The notes beneath the pieces are model-generated. The model was given only the letters and a program-made list of their open reading frames with translations. It was not told where the DNA came from and made no database searches. The translations under genes and the position numbers were made by a program. From Schizochytrium sp. TIO01 (Eukaryota; Protista; Bigyra: Labyrinthulomycetes), in contig SMSO01000031.1 in assembly GCA_004764695.1 (NCBI GenBank), positions 7,546,761 through 7,610,760 on the forward strand: DNA of 64,000 bases, written 5' to 3'. Below are positions 57,364 through 64,000 of this stretch, one piece after another. How positions within the stretch are numbered: position 1 is the stretch's first letter; every line of letters starts with the position of its first letter.

Positions 57364-58686
57364 ATGAAGCAGAAACGAGCACCTGGACGGAACAGTGAGC
57401 AACAGAATAATCAACAACAACGCAAAGACTGTGCATCTACGCTTCCAAGGAAGAAAGCTATGGACCCATATCGAAGCTCTGAACTCGTAGCGATAGACTC
57501 TATTACTAAATTTGCAAACGATAGAGCGTCTCAGCATCGTATCATCGAGACGAAAAAGACGCAGGAAAGGATTGAACAGAAGCAGCAATCACAAGATCGT
57601 TTAGCCTTTCTTCTTGGAGAAACGAACAGCTCGGACCAGAGCTTTCAAAGCACAAACGCAAGCTCCAGTCGAATGCAGAAAAATAAACTATACAGCGAAA
57701 ATGGCGTACATGCAGATCGTGGATATTCAGATAAAGGCATAGACAGAAAAGGCGTCGCAAAAAGAGATATCTCAAGCGCCGAGCAAAGTTTTTCTTCGTC
57801 TTCCAAGTCGAAACCCCATTTAAACCAAAATGATGTTGGCAGCGGGTCGTCTGCGTCACATCAATCTCCTTTGCGTAAGCGAAAACTTCGTATTGCAGCC
57901 GAGTCAAACTGTTCAGGTAGACTTACGTCCCAAAACTCCAACCGAAGTGCGTCATCTCAAGGCACTCATAATGAAGAGCAAGCCACCTCAAAAATAGCAG
58001 GACATGCTAAAGACCTTGCTATTGACACATCCCTCAACCCAGATAAAACTTCATTTTACACCGCCGTGTATGAATTTATTGCTGAACAAGGTCATGATTT
58101 ACCTCTGTGTATTGGCGATGTACTACGTGTGCAAACCGAGGATATGCACGAAGATGGATGGTGGTACGGCTGTCGCACATCTGATGGCAAATTTGGCTTT
58201 TTCCCCTCCAATTTTGTCCATCCTTATGAAGCACCAGACCTTGCTTCTCGTGGACCATCAACATATATCCAAAGTCCAAAGCACACTTTAGGCCGAAAAA
58301 GTCCAACCTTGCCTTTTTCGCTTGGTAGTGTTTCTCTGCAAGGAACAGGAAATGGTTTGACAAAAGAGAATACGAAAGATGACACAGACGCTGAAACTCA
58401 TGCCGCGACTAAAATCCAAGCAATTTGTAGAGGGAAAAGGTCGCGTCAACAAAATGTGCCCAAAGGATCGTTTCACAAAGACAGAAACACAACTCAGCAT
58501 TCAACAGATACTCGTGACATCACCGAGCATTCCGAGGCGTCAAGCACACAAACCAGCCATACTCAACCTCCTCGAATACTTCTCAGTCATTCCGATTCGG
58601 CACCTACTATTCAAATTAGTCGCTCTTCTTCAGCTACACCATTCATCAGATCGAATTATGGAAGCCCTGAGCCTTCCAGGGCCTGA
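57364..58686 (+). CDS. SH3 domain + IQ motif protein, largely disordered
   Basis: SH3: YTAVYEFIAEQGHDLPLCIGDVLRV...DGWWYG...GKFGFFPSNFV (about 58054-58227). IQ: AATKIQAICRGKRSRQ (about 58402-58450). Confidence 0.85.
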   Translation: MKQKRAPGRNSEQQNNQQQRKDCASTLPRKKAMDPYRSSELVAIDSITKFANDRASQHRIIETKKTQERIEQKQQSQDRLAFLLGETNSSDQSFQSTNASSSRMQKNKLYSENGVHADRGYSDKGIDRKGVAKRDISSAEQSFSSSSKSKPHLNQNDVGSGSSASHQSPLRKRKLRIAAESNCSGRLTSQNSNRSASSQGTHNEEQATSKIAGHAKDLAIDTSLNPDKTSFYTAVYEFIAEQGHDLPLCIGDVLRVQTEDMHEDGWWYGCRTSDGKFGFFPSNFVHPYEAPDLASRGPSTYIQSPKHTLGRKSPTLPFSLGSVSLQGTGNGLTKENTKDDTDAETHAATKIQAICRGKRSRQQNVPKGSFHKDRNTTQHSTDTRDITEHSEASSTQTSHTQPPRILLSHSDSAPTIQISRSSSATPFIRSNYGSPEPSRA

Positions 58687-60181
58687 GGAAAGTGACACTC
58701 TTATAGCATCAGAAACAAATGACAGCGAGGGAGATTTTCTTAATGGCGATGCAATTTCTTTTGATGATGACAATCATGGAGCTTCGATTGTACAAATGGC
58801 TGTGCAACAAATAAATCAAACAGAGCGCAAGAAAAGCCAAAGTGAAGCTACCAAGAAAAAAAATAGTCGTGAACTTGGTTCCAATCACTTAAATTCTGTA
58901 CGACGAACTTTATGTAGACGCATGGCAAACAAACTTGTTGCCTGCATTTCCATGGCTGTTTTATCCACCATGCTTCCAATCAGGCTTCCTAATGGTGCTG
59001 AGTTCACTCTAGTGGATATTTTAGACGGCCTTCGGACGAGAGGTGCGAACGAAGGGTTCCGCCCCACAAATGTGGCAATACGTCTCCTTCGTCAAGCTCA
59101 AGCTACGAATAGCATTCCCCATGATATGATGGGTATGACAATAATTAGCCTTGTCCCCGAGCTGCTAAGTCTTATTTTTGACACAACAGCAGTATCAGAG
59201 AACACTCGTATCGATGCTGTGACAATTGTGAGTAATGTTTTAGCCGAGCACGTAGAAGGAGTTGAAGTCGTTCAGTATAGTTTATCGAAACTTGGCACAA
59301 TTTTGGTTCAGGACCAGAACCCGGACCTGAACGTTGCAATTTTCAATCTAGTTGGTAACTTCGCAGGTGCAGGTGCTACAGCTAGAGACTTGGTCTTAGC
59401 TGTGCCTTCCATCAGAATGGCCATTTCGCGGATCATTCGAACTCAGGATACTATGAATCCGGGGATGAGAAATGCAGTCTGGGCACTGGGCAACCTCTTT
59501 AGAGGTGCATCACCCCTGCAAAAGCAATTTCCGCTTGATCTTACTGAAGCACTGACTAGTATGATGATGCTGTTAGAAGATGACCGTCCAGCACTTATAG
59601 ACCTTGTGTGGACAATTGCTTTTATGACGGACTCTAAAAGGATGGCTAAGGCATTCGCCAAAAACTCTCTTCATGCTGACTTAGTGGGTCTCATTTGTCA
59701 AAATGCTGGATCTCAAGAAGACGGGGATGACATAATGCTTCTTGGACTCCTTCGTAGCCTCGGTTGTCTTATTTGCAAAGCCCCAAATGAAACATTTAAG
59801 CATTTGAGCATTGAACTGGGAGAGAGAATGCTTCTCATTTCGGATACAACTGAGCCAATGATTCTAAAAGACGTTATGTGGACCTTTGGCAACATAATGA
59901 AGCTAAAACCCGACTTCAAAGAATATATGAGCAATAGTGGAAAATTTTGGTTCTTTTTGAAACGAGCTATTACGCTAGAGATTACTGGCGTTCGGGCCGA
60001 GGCTATATTACTCTTAGAAACAACTCTAAGAGACACACAACCCAACATTGATACTAAGTATCATACGACCATTCTTCAGATACGTAAGATTCTTCAAAAT
60101 GTCAAATTTACAGATGTGCAACCTGAATTAGCAGCATTATTGAACGATGCAACACAGAAAATTATTACGTTTGCTCTCTAA
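58658..60181 (+). CDS. Importin-alpha-like armadillo-repeat protein (divergent; may be the 3' part of the SH3 gene)
   Basis: LVGNFAGAGATARDLVL, RNAVWALGNLFRG, IDLVWTIAFMTD, LRSLGCLI and KDVMWTFGNI match successive importin-alpha ARM signatures (WxLxNI). ATG at 58658 has A at -3 and G at +4. Confidence 0.75.
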   Translation: MEALSLPGPEESDTLIASETNDSEGDFLNGDAISFDDDNHGASIVQMAVQQINQTERKKSQSEATKKKNSRELGSNHLNSVRRTLCRRMANKLVACISMAVLSTMLPIRLPNGAEFTLVDILDGLRTRGANEGFRPTNVAIRLLRQAQATNSIPHDMMGMTIISLVPELLSLIFDTTAVSENTRIDAVTIVSNVLAEHVEGVEVVQYSLSKLGTILVQDQNPDLNVAIFNLVGNFAGAGATARDLVLAVPSIRMAISRIIRTQDTMNPGMRNAVWALGNLFRGASPLQKQFPLDLTEALTSMMMLLEDDRPALIDLVWTIAFMTDSKRMAKAFAKNSLHADLVGLICQNAGSQEDGDDIMLLGLLRSLGCLICKAPNETFKHLSIELGERMLLISDTTEPMILKDVMWTFGNIMKLKPDFKEYMSNSGKFWFFLKRAITLEITGVRAEAILLLETTLRDTQPNIDTKYHTTILQIRKILQNVKFTDVQPELAALLNDATQKIITFAL

Positions 60182-60362
60182 ATAAGCCTTCTTCCCAACA
60201 CAACTGACATGTGCATACACTGCATTAAGAAAATAGATTATAAATCTATCACGTAGTATCAATCAACTTTCAAATTTAGAAGGGCTTTCCCATGATGGCC
60301 TTCCCAGATCGAATTTTCAGGTTTGCGTATGCATCTTCATCTTAGTAAAATTACATTCTAAC

Positions 60363-63300
60363 TTATGAAAATAGCTCTTCTAGCTCTTGTTCTGATATCT
60401 GTTCGCGCTCATTAGATAAAATGGCCTCTGTTTTGTACTCTTGGTCCACTAACTCGTGAGTTTGCTCCCCGGCTTCTACATCTAAGGCGCGTGCTAAGTC
60501 AGCTCTGACATTTGCTTTGCTATTGTCGCTCTCGGATTGTTGAGGTTCTTCATGATGATCATCTTCGTCATGCAGCGCCTCAAGCCTCTTGCGCCTGAAC
60601 ATTTTATGAATTCTTTCCTCTACAGTGTCACACACCAGAAAACGGTGCACATGAGTTGGTTTTGCTTGCCCAATACGGTGAATCCGGCCAATTGCTTGCG
60701 CCTCAATGGCAGGGTTCATAATGGGCTCCACAAGAAAAACATGCGAGGCTTCTGTGACATTCAAACCACGGGAACCAAATGTGAGGTTCATTAGCATTAC
60801 TCGAACCGAAGGATCTCGACGGAACAGTGACAAGCGTTCGTCGTATTTAGCTCGCCCTTGAATACGGACATGTGAGATATCGTTCGCTCGAAGAGCATGC
60901 TCAAGGATTGCGAGGACCTCCTCCCACTGCGAAAAAACCAAGCATTTCTCGTCCGAAGATGCCGCTTCCACGCGCAAAAGCTCCTCTACGACTGCATCGA
61001 ATTTTGTGCCAAATCCTCGTTTTTTCATGAGACGAGTATCAAGAGTGTTACCCTCTGCACATGTCGTTAATGACGATAATGAGCCTGCCGCATCTGAGCC
61101 AGATGCTTGCCGGACATCTTCACGTCGCGTGACGTAACGAACATCCGTTTTCTGAAACTTAGCTCGGCAGTTCGGGCACTTGTTTGAAAATTTAAAGAGC
61201 TTTTGCACACAGGTGACGCATAAGGTATGGCCACATAAGAGCATGGCAAATTCAGACCCAAACGGATCATGACAAATGGGACAGCACTCGTTTTCTTCGC
61301 CTCCATCCATACGCGTCTTGGTGGTTGTACCTAGGCGTTGACCGTTCTCTCTTGAAGTCCCATTTTCTTCCCCTTTGATGCTATCTAAATACTTGAGTTG
61401 AGAGATACATTGATTCAACTCTGAGCGATATCGAACACATTCCAACTCATATGCTTCTAGGCGAACCTCCACGAGCTCAGGGCGAATTTTCCATTGTTCC
61501 TCATCAGCCTCGATGGTCTCGCCTGGGAATTGCAAGCGCATACGCATAGTTGCCATTTCAAGCTCATCAAACGCTTTAAGCCATTGGTCACGTTTTTGCC
61601 ACACATCCCAAGCTGCTGACAGCTCTGAAGAAAGGGCTTCTAGTTTGTTCATATGTTTGTCAGCATCATCGAGAATAGCAGCCAAACCAGTGACGTTGTG
61701 AAGCGACTTTGTAGTAGTCTTAAGGATTCGAAGAATGAGTACCATTTCGCTGTCATGACGAAATTGGTAAAGCCGTGCATCACCTTCCGCATCTCCGAAA
61801 GAATCTTGAAGTGAACTTTCACGTTGGAACGTGAATAGGCATTTCTCAAATGCGACAATGTCCCTCTTAATATGGCAGTGGCTGCACATGGGACCAGTTT
61901 TGGAAAAGTAATAGCGGCATACGGAACACTCCGCAGACTCATGAATCTCCCGTGCAGTAGGTCTGTCGCCCATTTTGGACGTTGCTTGCTCTACTTTTGC
62001 ATGCGCTTGATTTAGCTTTTCAATTTCACGTTGTAGGACCATACGTAAACCAAATAGATCACCGAATTGCCATACAAGACTATCCTGGCGATTTGAGCTT
62101 ATCAAAGCTCCTCCACTGTTTTTATCCATTCGTATTCGATCAATGAGGATGTTGCTGCGTGATGCTCCATCAACAGCACCTTCGATCGCGTGAATTGCCC
62201 GAATCCACCAAGACTCGCAATGTTTTGGCGAACCATGAACGGGTTCCATTCGGGATTGAAAGTTATTTAGGCTTGATTTCACATCAACCTCATAGCGCAA
62301 CATGAAGCGGTCGCGGATGTCCTTAATTTCTTTACCCATGCGATCGAGATGAAGTTGTTTCATCAGTTGATTTCCAGGAGGAGCTATCATTTTTGTTCCA
62401 CTGCTGGTGTCACTGCCTGCATTGCCGATAGCGGAGTTTACTTCATCCGCGGCAGCGGTCGTCGTCTGCACAGAATTTGTTGTTCCCAAGTTCTCTTCAG
62501 ATGTCGGTTGGTCAGCAGAAATATGACGCAGCGCCTCTAATGTATGAAGGCGTTGCAACGAGTCTGTTTTACAGATATTATCTTTCTCGTGTTTTGTCAT
62601 GAGATTTAAAGCACGCTGATATGTTTCACGGGCCTTTTCCCAGTCTTCCTTGATCAAAAAAATGCCGGCTGAGGCATTTAAATTCATTAAAAGAAGTCTT
62701 TGAGCCTCTTCTGTTTCGAGTTTTGCCTTATTCACCAACTGCTGGTAAATCTCACTCATGGTCATAGGCGCATCAGCTGAGCGACCACGTTCTGTAAGAG
62801 CAGCCATGTCACTTTCACCTGAAGGCATGCCTTCGTGCCGGCGAGCTTTTTTACGACGATGTCTTCCACCTTGTGCATCTCTAAGGCCAAAGCTTCCTAT
62901 CTGAGGGTGGCAGCACGCTTGGCGCAAGCGAAGCAAATGTGGAAGTGCAGTTTCTAATCTTGACTTTCTCTTTCGCCCCAAAGCACCAGCTGGGGCTTCA
63001 GCTGCGAGGCGTGCAACAGCAGCATGCTGATTGTTGTAAAAATGACTCTCGATTGCTGTAAACTTCAGCCGATGAATATGTTCTGTGAGGCTTGGTAAGC
63101 CAAGCTCAGCTTGTACATCTCGCTTAGTATTACGCCACAACAGGCCGTGAAAAGCAGCCACAAGGCGAGCGAACGCGCCGTGACTACGCTGAATGAGGGG
63201 CTGCACAATTGCTGTGTTCCACCAGGCTCTATCACTCAGCACAGGAACGCGAAGAAAGAGAAGCAAACCAAAAAGGTCTTCAAGGCCATGGTTGCCAACA

Positions 63301-64000
63301 GGTGTACCTGTTATGCACCAGCGAAAGTGAGCACGGAGGTTCTGTGCCATTTCGGCAGCAGCGGCAGCAGACGACTCCACTTCTTGGGCCTCATCCAGAC
63401 AAACACGGAACCATTTCACTGATGTAAGCGGGGATGCAGCAGCTTGATACTTTTTCCGTTGACGGAATGTAAAACGCCGGGACCCAGCTTGTTTCTCTGC
63501 TGTCTGCACATGATGCACTTCTGAGCGAAGTACATTGTATGTTGTTACAACTACATCAAACTTTGCAAGATGTTGTGGCCAGAGAGGCGCAATCATTGCT
63601 TCATATGTACGTATTGATGATAAGAGTTGAGCATTAAGAGATGCGAGATCACCGCGCCCCTTCTTAACCTTCGTAAAGGCTCGAATAACCGCATTAAGCG
63701 CACGGTCCATGCTGCCAGCAATGTTGCGTGCTCCGTTGTACATCATGACTTTCAATGTTCCTGCATTTGTGTGCTTGTCAATTTCTGAGAGCCATTGCGC
63801 GCCGATAGAAACTGGGCATACAATCAGGGTGCCCTTCACAGCAGGGTGATCAACATTTCGCGTGGCCCGGCACGAAATACATACATGAATCTGCTCACTG
63901 AGTGAGCCCGTCCCCGCTTCAGGATTAACCTCATCCGACCTCTCATAAAGCAGACTGCATAGGACATGCTGCCAGTTACCGCAGTAATGGCACTGAATCG
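60363..64000 (-). CDS. SHPRH: SHPRH-like SNF2 helicase/E3 ubiquitin ligase (5' end outside window)
   Basis: PHD finger at the window edge (IQCHYCGNWQHVLC...HVCISC) is in frame with GTLIVCP. Also WFRVCLDEAQ, RWCITGTP, LRLRQACCHPQ, RING CPIC...CGH..C..C...CPNC, and HelicC (LVFSQW, QAIGRIHRIGQ). Confidence 0.93.
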   Translation of the reverse strand, partial: IQCHYCGNWQHVLCSLLYERSDEVNPEAGTGSLSEQIHVCISCRATRNVDHPAVKGTLIVCPVSIGAQWLSEIDKHTNAGTLKVMMYNGARNIAGSMDRALNAVIRAFTKVKKGRGDLASLNAQLLSSIRTYEAMIAPLWPQHLAKFDVVVTTYNVLRSEVHHVQTAEKQAGSRRFTFRQRKKYQAAASPLTSVKWFRVCLDEAQEVESSAAAAAEMAQNLRAHFRWCITGTPVGNHGLEDLFGLLLFLRVPVLSDRAWWNTAIVQPLIQRSHGAFARLVAAFHGLLWRNTKRDVQAELGLPSLTEHIHRLKFTAIESHFYNNQHAAVARLAAEAPAGALGRKRKSRLETALPHLLRLRQACCHPQIGSFGLRDAQGGRHRRKKARRHEGMPSGESDMAALTERGRSADAPMTMSEIYQQLVNKAKLETEEAQRLLLMNLNASAGIFLIKEDWEKARETYQRALNLMTKHEKDNICKTDSLQRLHTLEALRHISADQPTSEENLGTTNSVQTTTAAADEVNSAIGNAGSDTSSGTKMIAPPGNQLMKQLHLDRMGKEIKDIRDRFMLRYEVDVKSSLNNFQSRMEPVHGSPKHCESWWIRAIHAIEGAVDGASRSNILIDRIRMDKNSGGALISSNRQDSLVWQFGDLFGLRMVLQREIEKLNQAHAKVEQATSKMGDRPTAREIHESAECSVCRYYFSKTGPMCSHCHIKRDIVAFEKCLFTFQRESSLQDSFGDAEGDARLYQFRHDSEMVLILRILKTTTKSLHNVTGLAAILDDADKHMNKLEALSSELSAAWDVWQKRDQWLKAFDELEMATMRMRLQFPGETIEADEEQWKIRPELVEVRLEAYELECVRYRSELNQCISQLKYLDSIKGEENGTSRENGQRLGTTTKTRMDGGEENECCPICHDPFGSEFAMLLCGHTLCVTCVQKLFKFSNKCPNCRAKFQKTDVRYVTRREDVRQASGSDAAGSLSSLTTCAEGNTLDTRLMKKRGFGTKFDAVVEELLRVEAASSDEKCLVFSQWEEVLAILEHALRANDISHVRIQGRAKYDERLSLFRRDPSVRVMLMNLTFGSRGLNVTEASHVFLVEPIMNPAIEAQAIGRIHRIGQAKPTHVHRFLVCDTVEERIHKMFRRKRLEALHDEDDHHEEPQQSESDNSKANVRADLARALDVEAGEQTHELVDQEYKTEAILSNEREQISEQELEELFS

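Overview
Eukaryotic nuclear DNA, intron-poor, with no rRNA, tRNA, CRISPR array or intact transposon that I can see. Flagellar/centriolar genes, mostly single-exon CDSs and (GCAA)n/(AATC)n-rich intergenic DNA suggest a flagellated protist, possibly a thraustochytrid/labyrinthulomycete (inference only). There are four zones. (1) 1-17 kb is AT-rich and gene-sparse, with three orphan ORFs that carry NLS-like basic motifs. Two of them (10036-10977 minus, 15003-16466 plus) are divergently oriented and share a distant beta-rich C-terminal domain that looks like an Ig-fold DNA-binding domain. (2) 17.5-43 kb is dense: an ankyrin protein, an EML-like WD40 protein, DRC5/TCTE1, an H15-DDT-WHIM chromatin protein, a split coiled-coil gene, mitochondrial HSP90 (TRAP1), SAS-6 and a claudin/amastin-like tetraspan protein. 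(3) 43.2-57.3 kb is a roughly 14 kb non-coding tract of microsatellite-rich modules containing a decayed LRR gene. (4) 57.3-64 kb holds an SH3+IQ ORF overlapping an importin-alpha-like ARM ORF in the +1 frame, and a SHPRH-like helicase/E3 truncated by the window edge. The best leads are the orphan transcription-factor-like cluster, a 5'UTR intron whose donor lies inside an 18-bp stem made of complementary microsatellites, and two same-strand +1 ORF junctions. All domain calls come from motif recognition by eye; no database searches were run.
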